A DNA stretch of 63,087 nucleotides, filler included, from Craspedostauros australis (Eukaryota): the NCBI GenBank assembly GCA_030167865.1. It is 9 parts of 9 records of this genome, joined end to end, with 100 filler letters (N's around TTAATTAATTAA, not from the genome) between each part and the next. Parts side by side here need not be neighbours in the genome. Positions count along the whole stretch, not along the records: positions 32,427 to 38,716 come from JALAGF010003425.1; positions 38,817 to 52,125 come from JALAGF010003426.1; 7 more parts are not named here. The stretch is one strand, 5' to 3'. Made by a program: the position numbers and the translations under genes. This document shows positions 35,401 through 45,917 of this stretch, in pieces. How positions within the stretch are numbered: position 1 is the first letter of the stretch; every line of letters begins with the position of its first letter. The notes under the pieces are model-generated. The model was not told the origin of the DNA. It saw only the letters and a program-made list of their open reading frames with translations, and made no database searches.

Positions 35401-36785
35401 CCCTTGTGGAAGATTACAAAACGATCATGGCCGTGCGGACTGGTTGCGAAATCGGGGATAGATCGCTCGTGGTTGGAGATCCTATTCCATGGATGCTCGA
35501 AACGTGCAAAATGTTGAAGATGACTATCAAGTACGGGATTTCCGCTTTGTCGGCTATGTGCTTCGCTTCGATGGGGACAATCTTCGATATGGTCATGAAG
35601 GATTACGCTTCAGCGTTGCGGTGTGTCAACATTGGAAGACGCATACTGAATTTGACGAAGAACGATGAAGCCCGAGGATTGGCGGGTGGCCTCCCCCTGG
35701 AATTCATTCTCCGCTACAGTTTACCAACTGAACAGATTGATCCTATGGTCAGCGAAACGCACCAATACGCAATGCAGGCAGGGTGTTTTGAAGTTGGAAT
35801 CAGAACGCTCCAGTTCCGCTTCATCGCACGCTACTTCCAGGACTGCACCCTTCCAGAGTTGAGCAACACAATCAACAATGTAATACGGCAGTCTCGAGTT
35901 TATCGAGTTGCTGCCCTGGATGGAGTTTCCCGTGCAACCCTTCAACTTTCCCAACTCCTTCAAGGGATACAGAAGGTAGACTGGACAGATATCGTGGCAC
36001 AGTCGCAGAAAGATCTGAAGAAGAACCCACCACATCCTACACGAGTATTCGAAGTGAAGTTCGACTTCTTCACTTCGGCTTGTGCGGCCTATTACTCCGA
36101 GCGGTACGAGATCGCAGATCGTTCGATGAAGAAATTCCGAAGCATAGGAGACAAGAGTGAGGCGTTCATCTTGGTGCAACAACGCTTGTGGATGTCAGGT
36201 TTGATAGCATCTGCTATGTACAGGACCACCAAGAAGCGGAAGTACAGAAGCAAGCTCAGGTCCCAAGTCGCCATCCTTGAATCCATGGAGAAGACCAAAG
36301 GCAACGGCCTTCGTCTGTGCAGGCTACTCTTGGAAGCGGAATACCAATCCTTGGCGCATACCAAAGGGGATCCACTCAAGGTTCAGCGCGTTTTGGATGC
36401 GTACGACGCAGCCATCGAAGCAGCGCTTGATGAACCGTCCACGCAAATCATTGCGTTGGGGCACGAACTTGCCGCAGAACACCTGATCCGAAGCAAGGAA
36501 GAGGGAGGAAACAAACCCACGAGCCGCAACGATGATGGCCTGAAACTGGAAGAGGTTGCGTCGGACGCGGCAATCAGCAGGTATTTGCTGCAGGCATTGG
36601 AGCGTTACCATGTGTGGGGATGCCGATTGAAGATCGACTGTATCCTGCGATCACGATCCCAATACGTTCAGGATTGGGAACCCGTCAAGGAGCAACCGCA
36701 GACAAAGACAAGCAGAACAGCAGTGGGCAAAACGATAGGATCTGTTCCATCAGCATCGAATCGGGCATTCTCGGGCGATCAGTAA
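32427..36785 (+). CDS. STAND-like P-loop NTPase (AAA_16 type) with C-terminal helical/TPR-like region; N-terminus possibly lost in gap
   Basis: FFGRTKEL; Walker A GKSGTGKS; GKYD...PFSAI; Walker B LFLDDLQW; KTGGNVFF; YQFAHDRIQQAAY; C-terminal LAAE...YHVWG. The frame is open back to the gap; first ATG 32463. Confidence 0.88.
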   Translation, partial: SLLAPSSPSPSVMSAAANRVTATMLGMRATSGTTNHSFFGRTKELIKLKSIHSIVMQKRSLQTYTNNTSGDDQQESPPIYPAVLVWGKSGTGKSCLIEQFIDEACCTCNTNVINSSAPPPPSARIDNGNIHTRSNGAGRRSSNSSTNTSNSNSTNTCDGKTSPRHCSCCYVLRGKYDESTGGSEPFSAIIQALNDLVMQLQHGPPEELDRMRSLIRNAFDSEGSNGNTKQRNMSFTHADSTGTAEATAAAVNDNSDGNGETERSTTSSQLGLSQLIPLVPSLSILLSDDTNMSNPPIAPNLESPTASDDEAPVACTRMSVSSSELSSAQRPNAYDESSPAQGSQNSWNRLRYIFIQFMKTISTPTKPVYLFLDDLQWSSSAGLELVAMLISDPEMDNFMLLGAIRQDTDPQNDEIVDLKIDAPLRTSFLDRLIPPAGDRGDGNGGNGGDDDSNDGGSGSGGSQISNGMDHLEDETKQDHHLHLEQITITNLSLDDTTQWLSEMLDRPCDDPDLMVLTRKLHKKTGGNVFFTIKAIEELKRKNIIVFSRITFMWEWNLRSKSKNRISSAPLGFGKHHGFRGDSNDNDNHNDDNDSDSDDDLPISDNIVTAIENQLRQLSQDLQHVLSIASYIRARFDLFVLQRVMEQEQAYANCTNADTTLEDSQANQANANDSDQQPAPKSTFASASAPASAWTKARLISILQQAIAERLVIHSTTSRNTYQFAHDRIQQAAYGLVPYGEVRDKLRVRIGRCLLDIYAETHPIDCMSTWGEGNRIDPNDHGKQRIHTERTEQDGGTTVVESLQREGPQEHPPHQRAHAFQQDDTLLFVAADHLNSVQTKDHMFSATMNLHVGETALGMAALASAAGYLRKASNALQRVRKPWEEHYGISLRLHQARAEAELSLGHFEIGYRLGNEAIDHAKTVDDKIQAHLSMALALGREDKHIESLSMSMRLGRMLGIVPRRFFLAHIVKDILTIKAYFKRHTDDDILALPLVEDYKTIMAVRTGCEIGDRSLVVGDPIPWMLETCKMLKMTIKYGISALSAMCFASMGTIFDMVMKDYASALRCVNIGRRILNLTKNDEARGLAGGLPLEFILRYSLPTEQIDPMVSETHQYAMQAGCFEVGIRTLQFRFIARYFQDCTLPELSNTINNVIRQSRVYRVAALDGVSRATLQLSQLLQGIQKVDWTDIVAQSQKDLKKNPPHPTRVFEVKFDFFTSACAAYYSERYEIADRSMKKFRSIGDKSEAFILVQQRLWMSGLIASAMYRTTKKRKYRSKLRSQVAILESMEKTKGNGLRLCRLLLEAEYQSLAHTKGDPLKVQRVLDAYDAAIEAALDEPSTQIIALGHELAAEHLIRSKEEGGNKPTSRNDDGLKLEEVASDAAISRYLLQALERYHVWGCRLKIDCILRSRSQYVQDWEPVKEQPQTKTSRTAVGKTIGSVPSASNRAFSGDQ

Positions 36786-37491
36786 GGGTCCGCTGTCTCG
36801 TCTCGTAGAGCAGATACTCTCTAGCTCGTATAATAGGACACTTCGATGGTTAAAACACGCCAAGCAATGCCGTCGCGGAGTGATATACTCTACACGATTA
36901 CTAATCGTAGGTAGTATGCGAGGTGATATCCCTGCACACACCCTGCCGAACTGCGTCGTGTACGAGCTACTCGCGCCCAAGAGGAGCTGCAAGCTAGAGT
37001 AGAGGAATAGCTGGTGAGTTGTGCTGAGTGACGTCACACGAGCGCACAAAGTTTGCTCAGAATTCGACACGACAATTCTCACCACAAAACGGACCTCGCA
37101 ACAACACACGACACAACACGATGTGAGACAACCAACCAACTCCAACAAGGAGGGAGAGCCATGATGACGACCATGATGCACAATGGACATGCTCCGCTTC
37201 CAACCATAGGCATGCGTCAAGCATAAAACGAAGTCAGCCATAGACTCAAGCAGGCACTGCGTCGATTAAGCAACCATCAATGCAAACAACAAACTGATTG
37301 CCAATCCTCTTGTCGATTGTTAACACCATACTGGTGCACGTACAACGAGAGACCCTTCAACCACGATTGCTCCAATTTGATCCAATCCGTGCTGTTCTGC
37401 AATCGCGAGGTGCGACGGAATCCACGTTGCACCACATCCCATCACAACACAACACTCAAAGTACGCATCGTACCACAGCTATCGACTCATC

Positions 37492-38716
37492 ATGACAAAG
37501 CATGCCCACTCATCAGCAACACCGTCGACAATTGCGACAGCGCAATGTGACTACGATGAACTGTCGAAGCAGGAAAAGAGCGAGCTGATCAGGGACGTTC
37601 TTCCGCAGTGTCAGCCACAAGAGGGATCACCACCCAACACATTCACGCCATCTCAGTTGGCGGAGTTGAAGGATGCTCTGCCTGGATTCCACTGTCAATC
37701 TGCTTTCGACCAGAAGATTGCGCAGGATCGACACACAGAGCAGCACACAGAGCAACAAGACGTTGACCATGTCAAGCCAGTGGAGGGCAGCGTTGGCAAC
37801 TCTCAAGATGGTTCTGATCATGACAGGCAAAACAACAAGCAGGTCACCATCACAGATTCTGCATTCTTTGAACCGGATTCATCCCTTCCAGCAACACAAC
37901 CAGGTGCTGACGAGGTGCTTGGCTGGCATGGCGCACCGCGCTTTCATCGAGAGGCGCAGTTGGCCAGAGACTTCCGAAGTCGAGTGCGTTCTGGTGCATT
38001 CACTGCACCAACCAACGGAGTCTGTCCTGGATTCATGCAGTGTAATCTGGTGGTTCTTCCGGAAGGCAAGCACGCATTCGACTTCTTGCTGTTCTGTCAA
38101 CGCAATCCGCGAGCCTGTCCGTTGGTGGAGGTGTGCGATGTTGGATCGCCACATCCTCACGGCCTTGCGAAGGGCGCAGATCTGCGCACGGACGTTCCAA
38201 AGTGAGTAAACTCTCCACAGGACTGTTTTGTCGCATACATCCACGTTTATTGTTGGTTACGCGTGCATGTGTGGATAGACTAATGCTTCCTACGCACAGC
38301 CCTCCACCCATCATCCTCACATCTCTATCTCCTCCCTCGCTCACCTATCTGTCCACCCGCTAACCCACTGGTTCCAGGTACGCAATCTATCGCGATGGGA
38401 AGCTGGTGAAGGAGGTTACTGATGCCACAGAAGACTGGCCGGAGAGGTCGGTGGCCTTCCTCATCGGATGCAGCTTCAGCTACGATGGCGCGTTGCTCGA
38501 TGCCGACATCCCGCTGCGAAGTGCCGAACAGGGCAAGAATGTCCCCATGTACAACACCAGCCTCAAGTGCCGATCATCTGGTTCGTTGAATGGAACCATG
38601 GTCGTGTCGATGAAGCCGATCCCTGCACTCAAGATCTCCAAGCACATCGAGATCACATCGAAGTACACCCACGCCCACGGAGGTCCTGTGTGCGTTGGCA
38701 GCGCGGAGGCCATCGG
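37492..38716 (+). CDS. DUF1445 / YcsI / D-glutamate cyclase-like protein, 3'-truncated by gap; exons 37492..38201, 38378..38716
   Basis: Motifs QCNLVVLP, FDFLLFCQRNPRACPL, DLRTDVPKY, FLIGCSFS, NVPMY, VVSMKP, HGGPV. Intron GTGAGT...GCTAAC...TTCCAG at 38202..38377. Confidence 0.9.
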
Positions 38717-38816
38717 NNNNNNNNNNNNNNNNNNNNNNNNNNNNNNNNNNNNNNNNNNNNTTAATTAATTAANNNNNNNNNNNNNNNNNNNNNNNNNNNN
38801 NNNNNNNNNNNNNNNN

Positions 38817-39507
38817 ACTGCTCCTCCAATACCAATGCCTGGGCTGTGAGTTTATGGAGAGTCCGCTGCAGTGCGTACAGCTGAGGCACGATCGATTCTT
38901 GATCGATCTCATCCGCTGCCTCTCCATTCCGAATCTTTCGCAATGTCTGCTGTTCTTGCTGTCGCAAACGCTTGAGTTCCGAGCTGTGGTACCACACCTG
39001 CCGCTTGGTTTGGCTTGGAATGTCTCTTCTGTTTGGAACAACAGCAAGTATATCGGGCTCATCGCAGAACGATACCGTTCGTCTCTGCTGCCTACGTGGC
39101 TGTGGCCGTTCTTGTGATCGTTCTTGTTGCTGTTCCTGCGGTCGATGATGATAGTCACCGTCGCTGTGATGTTCGGCTGCTCCGGATGCTTGCGCAGTCG
39201 ATCGCTTGCAGCCGTCGTCGATGTGGATGACCTCAAAGCTGGATTCTCCAAGGTCGTACAAACAACTGCTGTCGGTGCTGTCAAACGTCGTCGGACGGAT
39301 GATGGTCACAAGACCGCCGGGGCCGTAGTTCGTCCAGTCTGCTGGTGCCATTGTTGTTGCTGCTGTTGCTGCTGTTGCTGCCGCTGTTGTTGCTGGGGAT
39401 GGCGTTCTTGGTGCCGATGACGGTGCTGATTGTGATACTATTGCCGTCGTTTGTGAGAGTTGTCGAGGTTGCTGGATGATGTGGCTATCGATGTTGCTGA
39501 TTGCCAT
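38817..39507 (-). CDS. Hypothetical protein with RRTVSF...VWY motif, 3'-truncated by gap
   Basis: Open frame to the gap. RRTVSFCDEPDI...VWYHSSEL resembles a motif I recall from diatom hypothetical proteins. Start uncertain. Confidence 0.6.
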
Positions 39508-41577
39508 GCCGTGAACACTTGCACAGGAACCAACACACAAATCGGGATGGAATGAGGTTGAGCCCGATGAGAGCTGCAACGATGATGTGATTGGATGGAG
39601 TAGTAGTATGTGGCTGCGATTGTGTGGGAGATGAAGTTGATGCGGCTTTTGCTTTTGTGAATTGTGCCTCTCTGTTCCAAGACTTGCTTCTCTCTTGATC
39701 CCGTCAAACTTGTCGTTGGCGTGATGGGTGCCAATCCCAACGACTTTGCGTCGGTTCTTGGTTGTCCTTCGTTGCTGGTGTGTGGTCTTTGGTTGACTGG
39801 CCATTTGTCGTGCATTCTCCTCTCTCTCTCTGTGTTTCTTGGTCGTTGCCTCTCGCCACTTGTGGTTTGCACTGCGTTGCTTTCGTTGGATGCCCGCCTC
39901 GATCGGCAGAAGAGGCGATCTTCCGTGTTGGTGCCCAATCAGCGCGAACAAATTGTCTCAATCAGGCTGTTGAGCAGTTGTTACGTGCACGACCTTTTCG
40001 AAATCGTTCGCATCGTGTGCGCTTTGTGGCGGCTGTACACTCACTATGGCAACTTATTTAGGAAGCACGACACATTCCATCCGATAGTGTGACAAGATGG
40101 CACTTATTGGGACCATGTGTTTCTCTGATTTGAAATAGTCCGACCCGCGCATTTTGCTATCGACGTGAAACTCCAACGGTAACGGCATCCACTCACGTTT
40201 CTGTCCAGGAACTGTTCACACGAAAACGTCATGGCCAAACATCACAACGCCACAAAACCGATCACGACGAAAGATGAACCTCGCCCAAAACCGACTTTTA
40301 CCATGACAGACAGCACCACGCACCGTTCCGAGTTGTAGCTCGTAGTTTGCACGTGCCATGTCACCATAATGGATTGTGTCTGGCACAATATAGTACATCG
40401 AGCAGCAATCTGTTGAGGTTCATTTTCTGGAGAGCAATCGTCATATGTACGATTAAATCATGGCGAGAGACGTAATGAGGGCCATCTGTCAATACGTACC
40501 ATGGGGAGCGGAGGACGATACCCATCATGCAAATAGTAGAGTTGAGCGAGTTGAGCGAGTCGCTTCGGTGGATCTGTAAAATTGTGAACATCCATCGAAG
40601 TCCTCTACTCCAACTCATTTCTGAGTGACACGATGTGTGGCCAGAGTGGAGTAGCACATGGCAACAACTCCAACTCCATCGAAAAAGAACATCAAGCAAC
40701 AAGGCACCTGCAAGTTTGGCGAAACCGATCGCCAAGGTTGGCTCGTACATGTTTTATGGTCGGATGAGTATGAAGTTGAAGGAATGTGAACGATACAGTC
40801 TGCGTCTGCAACCATGACAGCTCTCTGTCTGTCTCTCTCTCTCTATCTCTTGGGGGACCATGTAATGAAGACAGAGCAGGAGGGATCGTGCACGTACTAT
40901 CATACAATCTTGTAATCGTCGCTCGTAAGCTCCTTTCTAGGATGGTCGAGATGAAAAGTTGGCGTGTGTGGTGTGTTCTTGTGTGGAAGAGAACATGTTT
41001 AGTCGATGGAATCAAATAGTTCATTCGTGGACGAAAGGGTATCCAAATCCAAAGCGACAAGGTCACAACTCCTCTCCGAAATGAGAAAGAGGCGAAAACA
41101 TCTCGGTGTCTCGGGTCACAACCTCTTTGATTCCGAATTGAAATCTTGTTCCTTCCGCACAGAAAGGACCTCTCGCAACCTGCCCAGTCTCCGCGACCCC
41201 CATCCGCACTGTCCGCAGAAGATCCCCTGGCACCCACAGAACCCGCAAGACCAATCACACCACACCCCACCTACGACCTAGTCTGGCTGCCCTCAAAGCC
41301 GCCTCTCGAACGAATCATAGATCGCTTGCCCATCACCTTCGTCAAGACAGCTGCAAGGTTGCTTTGCCTGCCAGTTCTCCCCTTCCTCTTGACATTCGCG
41401 TCTGTGATCACCGGTCACACCAAGACGACCGTGTCAGAGCTGTCACCATTCTCCTCTTCCCGACACCAGTTTGAGCACTTGTACTGTCCAGCCAACGCGA
41501 CTGATACTCTCCTTAGCGCACCTTTCCTGATTGCGCAATCCAACACATCAATCAACAGCAACTTCTGCAAGGCCAAC

Positions 41578-43596
41578 ATGCCGTCACCATGGATCACCAA
41601 TTCGGACGTCTTCCACGATGAATCCGTAGAGTTCACCGTCGATGAGATGAAAGAGCTTCGCGACAACTATCGCGAAACCTGCAAGACGGTGGCTGACTCC
41701 ATTCCGTCCGAAGATCGTGATGGCATCCGCCAAATCCTGGACGAATACTCCAAAGTACTGGCTGAGCGCCATGCGGCGAATCACCAATTCGGAGGCTACT
41801 GGAGATTCAACCCCAACGGAACGCATGAAGAACGGGTTGTCTTCGAGAAGCAGGTTCACGCCCTGGACAAGAAGCTGAAGGATATGGACGCCACGTTGGC
41901 TACGGACTTTGAGCCGTACCTCCAGAACTATCCACCTGTCTTGATGGAATGCGAGAATGAGCTCCTCGTGGCCACCGTCATCCACGAGATAGGCGGCATC
42001 GAGCAAATCAAGAAGGATCTCGCGAGCGAAATCAAGATCAACGACAACGACAACGACGAGGATCTCCAGAAGAAGCAAGAGCAGCAGGAGCAGCTCGTCA
42101 CAGAAGGTGATATGCGAAATCTCCATGCCCTCTTCCAGAACCAGGCCCTGCTGAAGGAGATGATTCTGCAAGGCGGACCCCGAGGCGGCAAGTGGCACAT
42201 CACCCTTCGAATCTATCTCAAGCTCATCGAGATGCTCTCGGAAGATGATCCGTACTATCCTTCCCATTCGCGCGTGGCGATGGCCGTGGCCTTGGAATTT
42301 GCGATGCCCATTCGAATCTTCGACACGGAAATTGCCATCGATCCAGTCGAGCGTTTCCAGGACTACACCGATGCGCACAAGAGAGGCGACCTTGATCCTT
42401 CCTTCAGCTACTTCACCACGTTTGAGTACCGCCATGTCATCAACACGATCGCGAGCAAGGAAGACCTGCAGTGGGGGCGTGAGTTGCTCTACAGGTACCG
42501 ACCAGGCTACGTCTGCAAAGACGAGCACTTTCGCTACACGAAGGCATCCAAGTCGGATCTCATCTATCGAAGGCCGGTGTACACTCAGACGCCCAACACA
42601 TTCAAGCATCTCATTGGCGTTGGTGGCCAGTGCGGGGCGAAGGCTTGGTTCGGGCGTTTCATTAGCCGCGCGAACGGCATCCCAGTCTGGGGCTGCAAGC
42701 AGCCTGGACATGCTGCGATGACGCACTGGAGCGGCGCGCAAGGCTGGGTGGTGTGCCTCGGGGACTGGAATTTCAGCGTCTGCCGCTGGCTCGGTGTCAA
42801 TGGCGTCGACTTCGCCGACGACGTCAACTCGCGAGCGTGGGCCTGGAATGACGAAGATGCGTTGCAGGAGTACTACCAAAAGAAAGTGCTTGCGAGGTGC
42901 ATGTCACGAGTGCTCGAGGAGCAGTACACGAGCAACAGGTTTGGCTTCTATCACATCGGTAGGTTTTGGACAACAGTCTTCAACATCCAGTGCAAGCTCT
43001 TGGGCACCAAGGCCACGGTTGTGGACGGCGATCACATCCGCGATGCGGAGCATCCCAAGTGCCAGCAGCAGATGAATCCAGCGGACATCGCGAAGACGAA
43101 GTTCGAGATCCTGCATGAGCAGATCACGCCGCCTCCAGGTGTCGACAAGAACGAGCAGACGACAAAGACCGACGAGAATGGCTGCATCTGGATGGCTCCT
43201 GCCTCGTGCAAACAGGACGGATTCTGCTGCAAGGAGATCTGCTATCCATTCTTCGACGAAGCCACGCAGGAGGTGCAAATCACCATGCTGCGAGACCAAT
43301 CGTTCATCGTGAAGGATCTCCCGAAGGAGGACATGACACACGAGAAGGGCTACTCCATCACCTTCCTGATTTGCAATATCAACATCGAGCAACGCGACTT
43401 GATCATTGAGGTTGACGGCGAAGAGTGCATCCGGATGGAGATCCCGTACACCGTTGGGGAGTACCAGTGGACGGATCCGCAGCCACTCCCAACTGAGCTG
43501 GGCGAAGGTGTCATGAAGATGACCCGCGGGAAGGGCGACTTTCCTGGCAAACCAGGTCTGACTTTCAAGTTCATGAAGTTGGTTCCCAACGAGTGA
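41578..43596 (+). CDS. Uncharacterised ~672-aa protein with a transglutaminase-like Cys/His core and a beta-rich C-terminal domain
   Basis: Intronless with strong coding-type codon usage from ATG 41578; GGQCGAKAWFGRFISRANGIP...QPGHAA. Confidence 0.8.
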   Translation: MPSPWITNSDVFHDESVEFTVDEMKELRDNYRETCKTVADSIPSEDRDGIRQILDEYSKVLAERHAANHQFGGYWRFNPNGTHEERVVFEKQVHALDKKLKDMDATLATDFEPYLQNYPPVLMECENELLVATVIHEIGGIEQIKKDLASEIKINDNDNDEDLQKKQEQQEQLVTEGDMRNLHALFQNQALLKEMILQGGPRGGKWHITLRIYLKLIEMLSEDDPYYPSHSRVAMAVALEFAMPIRIFDTEIAIDPVERFQDYTDAHKRGDLDPSFSYFTTFEYRHVINTIASKEDLQWGRELLYRYRPGYVCKDEHFRYTKASKSDLIYRRPVYTQTPNTFKHLIGVGGQCGAKAWFGRFISRANGIPVWGCKQPGHAAMTHWSGAQGWVVCLGDWNFSVCRWLGVNGVDFADDVNSRAWAWNDEDALQEYYQKKVLARCMSRVLEEQYTSNRFGFYHIGRFWTTVFNIQCKLLGTKATVVDGDHIRDAEHPKCQQQMNPADIAKTKFEILHEQITPPPGVDKNEQTTKTDENGCIWMAPASCKQDGFCCKEICYPFFDEATQEVQITMLRDQSFIVKDLPKEDMTHEKGYSITFLICNINIEQRDLIIEVDGEECIRMEIPYTVGEYQWTDPQPLPTELGEGVMKMTRGKGDFPGKPGLTFKFMKLVPNE

Positions 43597-43896
43597 GATT
43601 GCTGGTGCAATGAAGCATACCTAGATGAGGGCTGTACGAGCCAGATATACGAACGAGCAGAGAGACCAAACGAGCGCGGAAAAATAAAATAGTACTATAC
43701 TCCAGTCCAAAGTTACGCAGAAAAGAATACTCAACATCATGGTAGTCTTGCACATTGCACATTGCTTGCACATACGCACTCACAGCGCGTTGCAGAATAG
43801 GCTCCATGTACTATTACTCGTGCATAACATATTCGTGTTCTATGTATGAGGATGTACCTACTCTCCTTATACAATAGTTCAACGAACCTACCTACT

Positions 43897-45018
43897 CTAT
43901 GGACCACCGTAACGCTCGGAATCGCCTGGCATGCCAAATCGGCTGCCGTCCATCACCTCCATGGTGGCAATGAGCTCACCCCACGGTGGAAGACCCGTCG
44001 CCCGCCGGAGGATGCGGCCATTCTTCTTGACCGTCAGCGTGATGCCTTTCTCCAGCACGTTAAAGCCTTGCCCGTCGGCAGTTTCGACCTCGCTCTCAAT
44101 GTACTCCGACCAGAATCGTGCACCCTTGGGAAAGGCGACGACAGGATCGGCACGTGAGATGTCAAAGTTGCGATCATCATCCGACGCCGGCTCGACCTGC
44201 TCATTCCAAAACTGCTTGGTGGCGTCCTCCGTGACGGATGCTCCATCGGCGTTGAGCAGGAGCGGAACGACGACGACATCGCTCTGCACCAGGCTCTCCG
44301 CGAAGCTGTTCTCATCGGCGAGCTGGTCCGACGTCAGCGACAGCGCCAACCGCCGGATGTAGTCCTTGCCACCGGCGCAGATGAGCACGCGCGATTTGCG
44401 GCGGTACTGCTTGAGCTCCACCATCATGCGCTTCTCCGACGCGGCCGGTTCCACAACCAACGAAGCCAGCTTGCCACCGCGTGCGATGCGCTCCAGGTTG
44501 GCCTGTCCCGCCTGGTAATCACGGTAGGCCAGCACGCCGCAGACGATCGCTGCGCCGATGTTGATGGCATCATTCGTCAAGGCCTCTTGCAGCGGCGGCG
44601 CATCGGAGTAGCCACCCACCGCCGCCTTGACCGTGCTGAGGGCGGAGAAGTAGAGCGCCGTCAGCGCCGAACCGGTGGATCCAGCAAAGAAGAGGAAGCG
44701 GACCTTGCGGAAGGGAGACTCCACCTCTTCGCGCAGACGCTGCTTGACGGTGTAGCCACCGAAGGTCTCCTGGGACAGGAATTGGTCATTGGAGGTTGGG
44801 GTGGGAGGTGGGTTGGTGGCCGTGTTGGTGGATGACGACGACGATGTCACCACGGTGGCAACCGCATCACCGTCTTTGTCGTTGGATGGCGACGATTCTC
44901 GCAGCAGCACAGCGTCTGCAGATGCCCTGCTGCTGTGAATGGGGCGAGCGACGAACGCTGATCCGGTCTGTGCCAACGCCACTCCGACGACCAACGCGAG
45001 ACTGTTGCCGAGCTTCAT
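43897..45018 (-). CDS. Plastid-targeted LPA1-like protein (DUF3493), probable PSII assembly factor
   Basis: Signal peptide ending TGSA|FVARP (ASAFAP-type bipartite presequence); RLREEVESPFRKVR; two TMs; KKNGRILRRATGLPPW. Confidence 0.82.
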   Translation of the reverse strand: MKLGNSLALVVGVALAQTGSAFVARPIHSSRASADAVLLRESSPSNDKDGDAVATVVTSSSSSTNTATNPPPTPTSNDQFLSQETFGGYTVKQRLREEVESPFRKVRFLFFAGSTGSALTALYFSALSTVKAAVGGYSDAPPLQEALTNDAINIGAAIVCGVLAYRDYQAGQANLERIARGGKLASLVVEPAASEKRMMVELKQYRRKSRVLICAGGKDYIRRLALSLTSDQLADENSFAESLVQSDVVVVPLLLNADGASVTEDATKQFWNEQVEPASDDDRNFDISRADPVVAFPKGARFWSEYIESEVETADGQGFNVLEKGITLTVKKNGRILRRATGLPPWGELIATMEVMDGSRFGMPGDSERYGGP

Positions 45019-45677
45019 GATTGTTCGTTTGTTCAACGCAGATTCATACAAAATCAAAACACACAATCTCTCTCTCTCTTGATTGTATAATGGAATAGTT
45101 GGGTTGGATTATGGCATGCCAGTACGACGATTAGTAGAGACACATTCGCAAACATTGACACCCACCAGCAGCACCCACGGTGGTCAGCGAAGGTTGCAAT
45201 GCCTGTCACAATCTTTTTTCTGCGTTGTTGTTCTGCAAGGAAGATTGCGAGTTGTTTTGGTTGTCACGGATTCGCTGAACAATTGATGACGTCAACTCGG
45301 CTGAATCGATTTGCGTTCTTTTTTACTTGATCCACATAGTACAGTATACCTGGTGTCAGTACTACATACATTGTATATTTAAGGTTGCAAGTATCGAGAC
45401 TTCTCGCGCGGAGTGTCGCCCTGCGACATTCGGATTCAAAAAATTGTCCCAGGCACGAGATTCGGCTTCGCCATGGTCTGTGCGTAACGGAGTCGGACAC
45501 GACAAGACGACAAAATTGTTGGCAACGACATCATTTCGCGCCAACAATCGGACAGCCGACTGGAGATCAAGAAGGAGTTGTTCGTCGAATACGATCGACT
45601 GGTGCAGGCGCCAAGACTTCTTCCTTGGCAAGACGTTCTCCGATGGAGACTCTCTTGGGGTTGCATCCGTGCTCTCA

Positions 45678-45678
<1 letters not shown>

Positions 45679-45711
<33 letters not shown>

Positions 45712-45719
45712 ATTGTTGT
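45679..45719 (+). repeat. (TTG)n microsatellite
   Basis: About 13 TTG units with one TTA interruption, upstream of the USP gene. Confidence 0.9.
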
Positions 45720-45917
45720 GTTTGTCGGTGCAAGTCCCACCAAGATCAAAGTGCAGTGAAGGATTATACGACCTGCCCTACTTTCTGCAGAGAGACCTAT
45801 CACACAAACACACAGAGACACTCACAAACACACACACAAACACAGACGACTCCGCGAGCATCCCACTCCACAGTGCCAACACAGAACGGTTCAATCGCAG
45901 CCTGACGAGCAAGAACG

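Noticed and set aside
41146..41577. 144-aa N-terminal extension of the 816-aa ORF
   Set aside because: Starts at TTG, and the sequence resembles 5' UTR or intron; first ATG is 41578.
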